Part shown: positions 47,501-59,270 of the stretch, one piece after another
Layout of the letters: each line of letters starts with the position of its first letter
Numbering within the stretch: the first letter of the stretch is position 1
NCBI GenBank assembly: GCA_965235115.1
Contig: OZ249436.1
Location: 33,730,001 to 33,790,000, forward strand
Reading direction: 5' to 3'
From: Laetmonice hystrix
Lineage: Eukaryota
DNA: 60,000 nucleotides
Position numbers and translations under genes: made by a program
The notes under the pieces: model-generated
Database searches by the model: none
What the model saw: the letters and a program-made list of their open reading frames with translations, nothing else
Told to the model about the DNA's origin: nothing

Positions 47501-49935
47501 TATTTAAAAAACAACATAGTTCCCACTCTTGTGTGGCCGCTCTCTATATCCATGGATAATGAAGTCACCTCACCATGCCCCGCAGGAAAGTTTTTTTATT
47601 ACCAACATACATTATACAGTGGGTTTTTTGGGGTGTATGTTTGTGGGGTTTTTTTTATCAGAAAGGTATATGGTTTTGTAAGCTCGCGTTACTTACAGCA
47701 AGTTTCGACTTAAACAAATGCAGTGGTCAAGTTTGTTCCCCAATCTCTTCGTAAACTTTCATTATTTCCAATTTTAATAGTGTTTCCATTTTCAAAGCAT
47801 CAGGACCGGTAGGTAGGGCTCTATTTCAATAAAACCAGTTTGTATTATCTTACGATTTCGATCGTTGTTTCTTCATACAATATCAAAATGTACCCTCCAA
47901 AAAAAACAGAGTTTCCGATACGTGCCTCTCACTGGTAGTCTCAGTATGAAACAATTTTGAAGGAAAGGTTTACTAGGTTTTTAAACGTTTACCTCGGACA
48001 TTTAGAGTTAATATAAATATTCACTGTGGTTTGCTTAGAAGGTGGCATTTACCGTTTTAGAGAGTAGGACTGTCGACGTCAGAATGCCTGATCTTGTGCT
48101 AACCTCAAGGGACCTACAACGCTGTCTCTCGTATGTCTGGCACTGCAGGAACAATTGGCACTGCACTGACTTAACCTTTGACACCCCGTTAGCCTTTGTT
48201 CAAATTGTTGGAGAGCAGAACCTATTAGGCCTACTCTCCAAGCCTGCAGTCCAAAGTCTATTAACCTGACACAAATAAACAAATAAGCAGTGAGTCAGGT
48301 TTGTAATTAATGAAGTATTGAAAGCAGAAAGTAACGAAGACGTTTCATTTGGCACGATTTATTATACGTTGCCTGATAGTAGATCGTTAAGGTTATGTGA
48401 AGGTCATAGTTCATTTTCCCCCCTAGTAGGTCGTGTCTGTAGCTCAGAGGAGCGTAAAATTGGTTAACACGTAGTTAAACACGGTCACAGTACGTTTTCA
48501 CTCACGTCATTTTATTATATTATAAACTTTGGCCATGTATGATGCAGTAGATTGTAGAAATGAATGGCCCGAAGATGTGAAATCATATTACACATGTATC
48601 ATAATTCCTTTTAACAAATGGATTAGATTATCAGTTTATCTACAATAGAACCGTTACCACAAACGGGGGAGACGGGGCGGGAGAACGTGGGATAAAAGAT
48701 GGGGAGAGTGACTGTGTTGGCAATTACAGTCATCTTCATGTCGAAAAGCTGGGGGGAAATTGACAGAGACAAACAGAGAGAGAGACGGACAGAGAGAGGG
48801 AGAGACACAGACACAGAGAGACAAACCGTGACAGAGAGAGACAGAGACAGAGACAGAGACACGGACAGACATAGAGAGACACACAGAGAGACACACAGAC
48901 AGAGAGACACACAGACACAGAGAGACAGACAGGGAGAGACGGACAGAGAGAGACAGAGACGGACAAAGACAGACCGAGAGAGACAGAGAGAGAGACAGAG
49001 ACGGACAAAGACAGACCGAGAGAGACCGAGAGATGTGAAGTTACAACATGGTGCGTGTGGGTGTTCAGGTACGTCGGGCCAAAGATGGACATGGTGAGGC
49101 TGCACTCGCTGTCGGACTATGAAAGTTTGCCGGAGACAACCTGGCACATTAAACAACCCCCGGTGGACGAGGAAAGGGAAGAGGCCCTTCAGGCAGGTAC
49201 GTTCTCGTCCCGCCGCCAACTCCAAAAATAGTGGCACCCTTCCCTATAACCACTGCCCCCCCCCCCCCACACACACACACACCTACTCGGTGGGGGTGAC
49301 TCGTTGGGGGTAGGGGGGGGGGGCGTTGTCCGGTGGAGCGACCAACTCCATATTTTTGTTATAAGAGTAGTGAGGAGCAGAAATCAAAAGGTCGAACCCA
49401 TGTACACACTTGTCAGATTTCCAGGAGTGCGACCATTTTATTTTGTTTTACGGAATAGAACTTGTGGTTTTCCGTAGAGCTGTGGCCGAATCAAATGGAC
49501 AATTAGGGTAGAGATGGGACGTGGTGGCTTCTAATGTACAACAGACTTTAACATCTTCAATTTCGTTCAATTTTCTCAATTTAAGATCTGACATACCGGT
49601 AATAGCCGAGGTATGAGTAAATTATAAAATCCTCCAGTGTCCACCTGTATTGAGACCCGGTACTCCTAAATTATACCTACACTTGTTTCGTTGAAGGGGG
49701 TCTCGACCTGATCGTGATGCCTGGTCTTGGATTCACTCGGTCGGGAGACAGGATCGGTCGGGGAAAGGGTTACTACGACACCTACCTTACGAAGTGTAAA
49801 GCAGTGATGGGTCGGATCCCTACTACAATTGCTCTGGCTTACTTCCAGCAGGTCTGTGATAGCATTCCAACCTCTCAACTTGACGTTCAGATTGACAAAG
49901 TTTTATTTGAGGAGCCAAGTAGCGATTCTACTTGA
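44410..49935 (+). CDS. MTHFS: 5-formyltetrahydrofolate cyclo-ligase (methenyltetrahydrofolate synthetase), join(44410..44517,47360..47487,49069..49196,49697..49935), 200 aa
   Basis: GT-AG introns in phases 0/2/1 give a 603-nt ORF; motifs KSVLRKE, VSVYLSMTDEV, CYIPR, WHIKQP, DLIVMPGLGF, RIGRGKGYYD. Confidence 0.95.
44884..45378. mobile_element. PIF/Harbinger MITE in MTHFS intron 1
   Basis: TIR AGCYAGTATCTYACTGGGCT; TTA TSD at 44881-44883 and 45379-45381. Confidence 0.85.
45926..46009. mobile_element. Tiny Tc1/mariner-type MITE
   Basis: TA-CAGGGTGCCCCC ... GGGGGACACTCTG-TA. Confidence 0.55.
47360..47487 (+). CDS. MTHFS: MTHFS coding exon 2
   Basis: TTGCAG acceptor; LLATPEYKRSKRVSVYLSMTDEVQT...CYIP; GTCAAG donor. 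Confidence 0.92.
48762..49032. repeat. Compound (GA/GACA) microsatellite
   Basis: Seen directly; explains the spurious ORFs at 48623-49237. Confidence 0.95.
49069..49196 (+). CDS. MTHFS: MTHFS coding exon 3
   Basis: TTCAG acceptor; YVGPKMDMVRLHSLSDYESLPETTWHIKQP...ALQA; GTACGT donor. Confidence 0.92.
49697..49935 (+). CDS. MTHFS: MTHFS coding exon 4
   Basis: GLDLIVMPGLGFTRSGDRIGRGKGYYD... to the TGA stop. Confidence 0.95.
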
Positions 49936-50186
49936 GCATGTTAAACTGCTGCGAAGTCAACATCGGGCAGAGGGGTCAGTGAATGGACCTGCACCTGCCC
50001 GTTTACGTCATGACGTACATTGTAATTGCAGACACGTAAAACAGCTTGAATAGCCGTAAATTATCACGAGTGATTTGAGTACAAGGGTGTATGTAATCTG
50101 TTGGCAAGTTACGGGTCTGTCCTAGAGTGATTTTGCAATAGAGGGATCATATGAAAAGTTGGCGAGGGCAGATGTCATAATTACTG

Positions 50187-50293
50187 GGGTGCGTTTCACA
50201 ACCATCGTTATCCTGTCATGCGTTAAAATCCCCACTGAAAATACATTGGTGTTAATGACACGACAAGCTAACGACAGGTTGTGAAATGCACCC
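50187..50293. mobile_element. 107-bp Harbinger-type MITE, copy 2, in the probable MTHFS 3' UTR
   Basis: TIR GGGTGCGTTTCACAACC / GGTTGTGAAATGCACCC; same length and internal sequence as 24606-24712. Confidence 0.8.
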
Positions 50294-51397
50294 CAGTGTT
50301 TGTAGCTGGAGCTGATGAACGACTCTACCTCTACATGAATTTGCACGCGAATTATGCTGTACGTGTATAAGATGGGAGTGGGTTCTAAACATAATTTCTA
50401 GTTCTGATGTTCCTGCAGACGTATGAGAACAGAACTGTTACCCAAGGCTGGTATCACTTGAAGATTATTTTGATAAACTTTTGTATCATGTTTCAATGGC
50501 CATGATTATTAAAATGTGTAATTTTAAGCACCGGTGTTTTTTTGGCGAGATCCCCTTTTGTCATACGTCATTATCCGTGCATAAAAGATTCGATGTTGCT
50601 GAAACAGGATATACTTGCTGTGGATACATATAGCACCTTTCGATGACATGTTGAACCCAATTTGACTAATGTTAATACAATGTAGTGGTTTTGTGTAATA
50701 AGAAAAAGAAGGCAGGCCACAGTGTCTTTATTCGTTTTTTTATTTTATGGTGGCTTTCGTTGTAGACATCGATCATTCTCCCATAGTTTTCATTCTCTCG
50801 TTCCCTCACGTTTGGTATTAATAAATTATGTTTCTATAAGAGAGATGTATGGCGCTGTGAGATCAATCTCATCACGAGTAAGTCGATTGGAAATGTATAA
50901 CATTTTAGAATGACATAATCAGGCCTGTTATTGCCCTTATTAAGCACCGTTAACGACCGGCTTTCGATTGGCATTGGCTGTGCGTTAAGTTGCGAGTAAG
51001 TGTGGAATACCTGTTGGGTCAATCCAAGTAGGCCCGCTTGCTGTTGGCCTGACTGGGCCATGCGTATACACCATAGCCACTGTCGCACTGCGTAGAAAGG
51101 GCCCCCAGTAACAAAGCACGGTCACAGTCGCAGCCATTCGGAAACGATAGGTTCCCTCCGTATCACTCTCTTATATAACACACTGTTTCTGTACAAAGAC
51201 GTCACTTAAAACAAATGAAAAAAAATGGCACAGTTCTAGAGTTCATCAAGTTCGCTCTCCGAACAGCTCGAAGGGGAGTGTAACACAGTCAGTCACAACA
51301 AATCTGTATGTTCGACCCTTCAGAAACAATGGGTTAAACTGACTCCCACTATACATTCTAGTAATTGTTTTAATTAGGCTAAGTAGGTCACCAGGGG

Positions 51398-51736
51398 TTA
51401 GGGGTCCACCGTCGCCGTCGTCGTCGTCATCATGGCCTTTTCCTTTAGTTTGGGCTGTAAGACCGTGAAGTAGACGGCGATCACGATGGTTCCAGCCGCC
51501 ACAATGAACAACCCAAGTAAGAGAATCGTCATGTGGCAAGCTCTCTTACGGCGGTGGGCAGCCACAGTTCGGTCAATGAGTTCGGGGTATTTCTTATCGG
51601 TTAACACGACTTTAGCTGGCCGAGGGTAATCCTGTTTGGTATTGTGCCGACCACCCGATGGGTTGGATTTAGGTTTACTTTTGTTGGCGCGGGGTTCCCG
51701 CCTCACTTCGATTCCGCCGCCGTTGTCCTCTGGACT
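51398..51736 (-). CDS. Uncharacterised C-terminally anchored membrane protein, last coding exon
   Basis: Acceptor TCTTCCTGTTCTAG in phase 0 with the upstream exon; basic RRKR followed by a TM helix (ILLLGLFIVAAGTIVIAVYFTVL); TAA stop. Confidence 0.75.
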   Translation of the reverse strand, partial: SPEDNGGGIEVRREPRANKSKPKSNPSGGRHNTKQDYPRPAKVVLTDKKYPELIDRTVAAHRRKRACHMTILLLGLFIVAAGTIVIAVYFTVLQPKLKEKAMMTTTTATVDP

Positions 51737-52798
51737 CTAGAACAGGAAGATGATACGAAACTTTACCAATCAGCTTGGCGTCAATTCTTCTCTTTTTTTC
51801 TCATAGAGTGTTCTTGATTTACCCCCCCCCCCCAGGTTGTCCCCCTGGAACTCTCCTTTCCAAACTCAAGAATCTGATTTTGAGTAAGGCATGCCAGGAG
51901 GGGTTGTTTCCCTAAAGCGTCGGACCGTCCGACCGGCGACGGACAGTCTGTCGCTTGGTTGTAGGGCCTGCAATTTTTGGTCCGTGGGCCAAAACAATTG
52001 TTGTGAGCGCCTATACTGGGAAATTACTTTTTGTTGAACTTATATTATTTTGGTTTATCGTTTCAACTCGACGTCTTTATCGACACGTTTCTCAGACTGG
52101 AAAGGAGGCACAAACACAAACACGACGTGTTGACATTAATTTGATATAGTTTCAGAAAACAGAGACCTTTTTAAAAAGAACACAGTAGTTTAAGAGAAAA
52201 GGGTCAACTTTAGAAACTGATCTATAGAGGAGGTATGTCAGACTCCCGGCGCCACCGTACACTTAATTGGGCTACCATTTGCATTAGAATATACAGCCCT
52301 TAATCCAGTGTGTCTATATTATGTGGGGAAGCGCCTGAAATGGGTTAAGAGTTGCGGAAGTCTAAATAGGGATGTATAATTAGTGCATGTGTCGCTCACT
52401 CCCTGCTCGAGATCATGCATGAATTAGCATTAATGTGCCTATCAGAATGGAGCGCTCGTGCTCCTTACCAGTCTCTTTGATGATTAAAGGAGCATGTCGT
52501 GAGAAAATGGTAAAAAATAAAATACGTATTTTTATATTCATTTATATTCATCACGGTTATTTAATGAGAAAAAAACTAGTTCTTACGCATCACTACAATG
52601 GAGTTAGACTAACCTTTCCGCAGTCAACTTATGACAGGTTGGGGGGGGGGCAGAGATTTCGTGAATTATATTTGAATTTAAGTCCAGATTGACATTGCCT
52701 GCAGTGTGCCCATGCTGGTCATGCAGTTAGGCCTATATATCTTATATAGACATAATGCATAGGCCTATCATTATTTTGACCGTATATAAGGAGCCTAC

Positions 52799-53524
52799 CT
52801 TTGACCGTCCCCGTTGTCGGTGCTTCCTTTCCCTGCTGTCTGACCTATGGCGTCCCTCACTGTGATGACCCCTGTGTCCTTTGTCTTTGTCCTTTGTCTT
52901 GTCATGTCGATGACCACGGTGGTCATCTCTGGGTGTCCGAGCCCGGCCATTCTCTGACCGTTTCACTGCCCTCTCCTCGTCCGTATACCTCGACGAATGT
53001 GTACCCCCAGAACTTCCAATACCGCTACTACTCGACTCCTCGACCTCAATGAGGATCTGATCAGACGTCCTCGAGGTCCGATGCCTGTGTTCCCGCCCCC
53101 TGTTCCTACCCTTGTCCTTTCTGTGTTTGTCTTTCCTGACGGCTGAGGAAGAGAAAGTGACTCCACGGTTTGAAATGTCTGAGGTGGAGGCCGATTCTGA
53201 CTCGGGTGGGATGGAGAGTGAGGTTTGAGACGAGACGTCCTTGCTGAGTGATGGGGTCTGGGTGCCGCTGTCTGGAGACGTGCCGCGGCTGTCCACCGGG
53301 CCTCCACCACCACCCACTGACAACTCCGGCTCCAGGTACGGCATCTGGCCGTCAGTGACGGTGAACACGCTGACGAAACGCCGGTCCGGAGCAGCCGTCG
53401 GTCCATGGCCGGTTGAGGTGTGCTGGTTGGGCGGAGGGTCCGGGGCAGGAGGCGGGGGAGGAGGCGGAGGAGGAGGCTCAGAGGAGGAAAGGGATTGGTC
53501 TTCGTCGAATAACGGATTCATCAT
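52799..53524 (-). CDS. Uncharacterised membrane protein, Pro/Ser/Arg/His-rich coding exon (354 aa when joined to 51398-51736)
   Basis: Acceptor TTTTCAG before 53569; ATG at 53524 (MMNPLF); donor AAG|GTAGGC at 52799/8; 726-nt open frame. Confidence 0.75.
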
Positions 53525-54283
53525 GACCTGGCCCTTTACACCACTCCGCAGCGGCCCAGCAAATATCAACTGAAAATACAGGCAGATGAGGACATATTAC
53601 TTTAAATGGTATTGTGAGGCACAGAATGGTATGCAGTATCCCTTCTCTCATTGTCTCTCCCTAGTGCTCCGCAACTGGGTCACCAACTGCATTAGAATGT
53701 ATACATGTTGTACAAAAAGTATTTGATAAGCTGTCTCTATAGTTTACTATCCTGTGCACCATTGAAAACGCCAATTTCTTCTTAAAAGATATAGCCACCT
53801 ACCATCCATCCAATAATATGAACACACGTAGAAACATAACTTAACGAAAACATTAATGCCAAAGAATTGTCAGAATTAAAAAGAAAATTTATCGAAAACT
53901 CCCGTAACGGTATAACACTCAAAGGGGTACAATTTGAAGAATCACACTTTCGAACCGCGCTTGAATCTTTTGTGAGGCATTAGTTAAATGCAAAACATAA
54001 AACATTTTGGTGAAACCCGTTGTCTTGGCCAAGAAATGGCATAACTTCCAACGGGGTCACTTAAGGCAACGCTCCCTCTACAAGGTTTAATTGTTGAATT
54101 TCGGACCTTTTTACGGTATCATATAAAAAACCGTAAAGTCAGTAAAAAAAAATGTGGCCCATTAACAATGAACAGGTTTAATGAAACATGAAATTACCAC
54201 CCATCTGCTAGTTTTTAGAAATGGCTTGACGGCATGGTTATTTGACTCGATGAGAGAAGCTGCACAAAGTTACTTTCAGTGAA

Positions 54284-54284
<1 letters not shown>

Positions 54285-54381
<97 letters not shown>

Positions 54382-54427
54382 TCCTTCTCTTTCTCTCTCT
54401 TCTCTCTCTGCTCTCTTTCTCTCTCTT
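54285..54427. repeat. (CT)n microsatellite
   Basis: Seen directly. Confidence 0.95.
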
Positions 54428-56138
54428 TGTTTAGTTATCTCTCGATTGTGAACAGTTTCATTATTTGTTCCTGTTCATCGTTGAGTTTCACCATTAAAGT
54501 TTTATTTTGACTGTTGTTATCTACATTAGGGTTCTCAGACGAATACCATTTTGGGAGAACCACTGGATTTATGTGATACATGTGTATTAAACGACCACAT
54601 AATTATGTTAAACGGAAGGTGAAGAAACACGACATCGCCATTTCCTTCGCAAGAAACTATAACTCTCTTTTCTAGGAAGCATGCACTCGTTTCATGACTG
54701 CTCACGAAATTTGATGCACTCACGCCAACGGAAGAAGGCTGAAATACACGACATGTTAATTCTCTGCTAGTCCTGTGTTGAATCACGTAAAGCTGCATTC
54801 GTCTAAATAAATTCTTTAGTTAGCTCGAAGAAAAGTACCTTTGAAGGTAGATTGTGCCCATGGAAGGCCAACTTATTCCTTGAAGCGTATTACACAGACC
54901 TCTTTACATGTCAACATCTAAAGTGACGGTCTGTACCAGACAGATTCAGCATATAATATAGAGACCAAAAAACCTCAGATTGGGGTTAGAGATAAGTATA
55001 TTAAAGCAGGGCTGGATAACGGGGGAATTTATACTGGTTTTTAGAGGTAGTACGTAAAATTAATTGATGGCTCCCAAGCCATGTTGTGTGCATGAAATCG
55101 TCAGTATTATTAACGTTCTTAGTTTTTGAAATTGCTTGTTCAGTTCAATTGAATTGAGACGTGACATTTTAGAGGAAAACTAAGTAAGATATCAACGTTT
55201 ATCAAAGACAAGGCCCCATCATTAATGTGAGAATTACTTCTATATTCCACTTTAAAACGGCTTCGTGTGACTATAATGTTGGTATAATCTGCATGCATGC
55301 GTGTTCCTTGTGTATTTTTATTGAGGGCAGCATAACGTATCACGACCAAACGTATACTACGCCACCGTCACCTCACTAAAGAGAAGGCTTTGCAGCCGAA
55401 GCAGGGCAATGGCCCGGGCCTCCCCTATACACATCTTCTCAAATGGAACGGAATCCATTTTCTCCTATTTATAGGCCTGCTATGTATGTAGATTGTGCAG
55501 GCGTCCGTGTAAATTGATCTCTAGCTGTCTGAGTATTCACTCAAGACGTTAGGACATAGTATGTCTATATTGTTCCGTATTTAAGTGGTTGTGTGTACAG
55601 TCCCAGGTATGTGACAGCAGATGGTGGTCCACTAATCGTCATACAGAATGGGCTGAATGTTTTGTTCGCGCGACCTGATTTCATGATTAATTAGCATTAT
55701 ATCCCACATTCTAGATTAATGCCCTCCAGAAAGGTGCGCGCACAGCCTTAAACATAAACGGATATCAAGTACCTTGCCGTTATATGGTATCCCCCTGTGA
55801 TAGGGGGTCCCACTGGCCCGACCTGTTCCACAGACTATCCTAACGGAGCGCACTTCTAATTCACAAATAAAAGGGACAACCGAATCCGCATTGTCGCCAC
55901 TGGTGCGTGGAGGTCTTTTACACAAAACATAATAGAGAAACATATTCGAGTGTGACAGCAAGTACATACTATACACGTCGCTGAGGTGTTGATTGTCTGT
56001 CCTAATGTGACCCTTCCTGCTTATTGGACTATGTCTGTGTTGAGCTGAACGAAGCCTACTTATTCACAACAAGAATACCGATTCGCGGAAAAATTGTTTT
56101 AGCTTCAGGTCATGTCGTTCACTGAGCTCTTATACATA

Positions 56139-57495
56139 TTGCATGCTTTTGTTAAAGTTTATTTAACATACCGTCTCTTCTTGTTAGACCGATGTTCGAT
56201 GTCAAAATCTAAATGTTTAAACTACATTCCTTTTTGTGCTACGTTTTACGACCACAGTCACGTTTAAAACGGTAAAGGATGCAAGAACGTGAAGCTGGTT
56301 GAAGGATAGGAAAAGGAACAGGGAACTGCCGTACACCTGCTTCAGGGCACGAACATGTTCATAATAATTCTGGATGAACCCAAAATGAAAATCGGTCAGA
56401 GAGATTCATAAATAGAAGGTGCAGCATTTCTCTTTTCAAGTCACTGGTATTTTAACTGCACATTGTCATACCCTCGGGTTAACTCAAACAGTGACACGGT
56501 CATAATTGACGATGCATTCAAGGCCCCACCGGAGGGGGCAATCGCCATGTCAGGAATCTTGGAAAAGGTGTCCGTATTGACAAGTATGCCTATGTGTCCC
56601 ATTGACTTAGTATACAAGTATGCACCTTCTAAATGAAAGTGCCCTCCGAACCTCAGGCTGCCTCCTAGCAATGCGTACGTCTCCGATATAGATATGTTTG
56701 TATTGGCACTACAGAATTTTTGCGTTGTTTTGTCCCCTCAGTGTTAAGAAGCCGCTGCGTCAGCAATAGTCCGAATACCAATGGCAATATCTATACTTTT
56801 CTTCCGGCTTGCTTTTTTTCAGTTTAGTGTCCTAACATTCTGTATCCTGCCATGGATCCCGTGGATAATTGACTCTATACAGGCGAGGAACCACTACCAA
56901 CCTGCGTGTGCGACGAACTCCCTTTGGAATGGTGCAGATCTTCTTTCCCAGAATACAACGTTTGTCTCGACCGGGAAATGTCGCCAGGAAGACATATTGC
57001 GCTCTCCCATTCCATAATCGACGCAGAGATTGTCATGAGGCAAGACTTCCAGTGCGGATAGATGATGTGTGATGATACCCAACGTGTTGATGTTGTCGGT
57101 GTGGGTTGGGTTTATTCACTTTGTGTACAGCGGGCGTGGCCCAGCTGTTCACTGTACATGCCCTCGGGCCGTTCGCCTTGGGGAAGGCGGACAATCCGAA
57201 AAGTCATTTTCTGCTCATTCCCCTTTTGCATATCATGACCTCTCATCGTCCTTATAATTAGTAATAGTCATGTCGTTCTTGTATGCTTTTGTTAAAGCTT
57301 ATTTAACATACGGTCCCCCGGGACTTCTCCCAAAAGTGGAAGATAATGTCAGACCGAAGCTCGCTGTTAAAAAGGTCGGTTTTCTTTTTGTAATCTTTTT
57401 TACCGCCAGTCACGTTTGAAACGGTAAGGGATGTAACAAGAACGTGACGCCGATTGAAGGACAGGAAAAGGAACAGGAACCTGCCGTACACCTGC
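56139..57495. repeat. Diverged direct duplication (56139-56345 vs 57279-57495)
   Basis: Shared ATGCTTTTGTTAAAG.TTATTTAACATAC and CAGTCACGTTT..AACGGTAA..AGGAAAAGGAACAGG..CTGCCGTACACCTGC. Confidence 0.8.
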
Positions 57496-57789
57496 ATTGT
57501 TCAGGCTAACGGACAGAATGATAGAGGCAACCTTCCATACCGTGGGGTGTTCGGGGTGTTTTGGTGAGAGCTAATAGAAGGGTAGTCAGCAATCAGCCAT
57601 CAATCAAATGTTGCAGTTTGTTGGTCACAATTATGCCTATTCACTTCACTAGCCCTGACGCGGACGTTCTCGTCCAAAATTCTTCTCATAATTAGGCTAC
57701 TAGCATGTATGATTTATAAGTTGCTTGTAGTATATAGGCCTGGGACTTTATTCACAGAGCACATGCAAGACTTGCGGTCCTGCTGCTCT

Positions 57790-58060
57790 GGTTAGGCTAA
57801 TAACAGTTTGCGGGTCCGGATGGGATGGAATGAGAGTCACTGCCAGCCGGTTCGAATCCTCCTCTCCCCCCCCCCCAGTGCTCCCGACGGATTTATCAAA
57901 GGCTGGCCGTGTAACGCTGTGTAAATGCAGTGTTGCACATATAAAAAAACGATTGCCATCACTTAACGATAAGTGCGGGAGGTTCCTGTCTCATGTCATC
58001 ATCATCGGACAGACAAAAAAAATGTTTCCAACCGCCAACTCAATACCGCTGGCTCGTCAT
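57790..58060 (+). mobile_element. Possible tRNA-derived SINE relic
   Basis: B-box GGTTCGAATCC (57849), followed by a body resembling molluscan SINE central domains (..TGCACATATAAAA..). Confidence 0.35.
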
Positions 58061-58199
58061 GTTACCCACCATGTTAACTTATATATTCAATGTAGAAGGC
58101 ATGCTTATGTCTTTTTGTGGATATCGTTGAATATTTACATGCGACTGATAATGTGCGTAGAGGTCCCTAATGTATCGATGCAACATGCAAGGACTTACT

Positions 58200-59270
58200 A
58201 TAGGCTAGTGAAAACTGGCCGGAAAACAACCCTCTTCCAGTCTTTTCTCATCCCACATTACATCCCTAAAACATGGATTATTTTCGAGACAGGGGACGGT
58301 ATTCCAATACCGATATCTGGCGACATCACTAACATCACAAACTGGTGACCTATCTCCCTGTTACCAGTTCCTGGTAAACTCCTAGAGAAAGTAGTTGATA
58401 AGTATAGGACTACATAGTTTAGTTGAAGATCAAAATATCCTCTCTCCAAATCAATATAGTTTTAGAAAAGGGAGACGGGGGTCTTTCACGTTGCCAGTAC
58501 GCTATGAAAGTAGAGAAAGGTGAATTTACGACATGCAGTCTGTTTCATTGACTTCTGTAAAGCCTTTGACTCAGTGTTCATCACAGGCGACTATATACTT
58601 GAAATAATGCGCTCATTTTGCCTGCCTGGCAACATGCTAATGGCTCTACGTTCTACTTATTGAATAGGCAGCAGTCGACTTATGATAACAATAAGCTATC
58701 AGAGTCACATCAAGTTTCCTTTGGAGTACCACAGGCCCCGGTTTTTAGTTTGCAAACCGAGTCATAAGATTGAAATCTTAAGACTGAACTCTTGTTTTAG
58801 AGCTTCTGATTGGTCCTTCAAATAAAGTCAGCCAATGAGAGACTATAACACAAGTCAGCCTTAAAATTCCAGTCTTAAGATTAGTAAAATGACGAACTAA
58901 AAACCAGGGCCTGGGATCCACTTTAAGACCACTCCTCTATATATCCTAAACACATCCTATATCTCTATGTTTGCAGATAAAGCTTTGAAGGTCAGCGGTA
59001 AAATATATGAAGAAGTTACAAATCAGCTACAAAGTGGCCTTCAAAAAAACGAAAAGTGGTGCAATTCCGTGTATTTATTCATCGTATAAATAAATACCTA
59101 CGCGTGACACTTGATCAGGACTGAGCTTAAAAGGTTTTTCAAATATCTAAATCGTAAAGTTAGTGGACGAATATACAGATTCGGTAAGATACAACATATG
59201 CTTTCCACAAGTACTACTAAATTAGTTTACCGTCGGATAATTACACCTATGTTTGACTATTGGGTCTATT
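58200..59270 (+). mobile_element. Degenerate non-LTR retrotransposon (CR1/L2-like) reverse transcriptase relic
   Basis: Broken motifs NW*PISLLPVPGKLLEKVV, FIDFCKAFDSV, GVPQ/GSTL.PLL, SMFAD, KYLRVTLD with stops and frameshifts. Confidence 0.85.
58735..58910. mobile_element. Harbinger-type MITE inserted in the LINE GVPQG motif
   Basis: TIR GCCCCGGTTTTTAGTT / AACTAAAAACCAGGGC; removing it restores GGA GTA CCA CAG GGA TCC. Confidence 0.8.

Noticed and set aside
48623..49237. 204-aa and overlapping ORFs
   Set aside because: GA/GACA microsatellite in an MTHFS intron; only 49069-49196 is coding.
57830..58348. 172-aa ORF as a gene
   Set aside because: Chance read-through of SINE-like DNA into the dead LINE.
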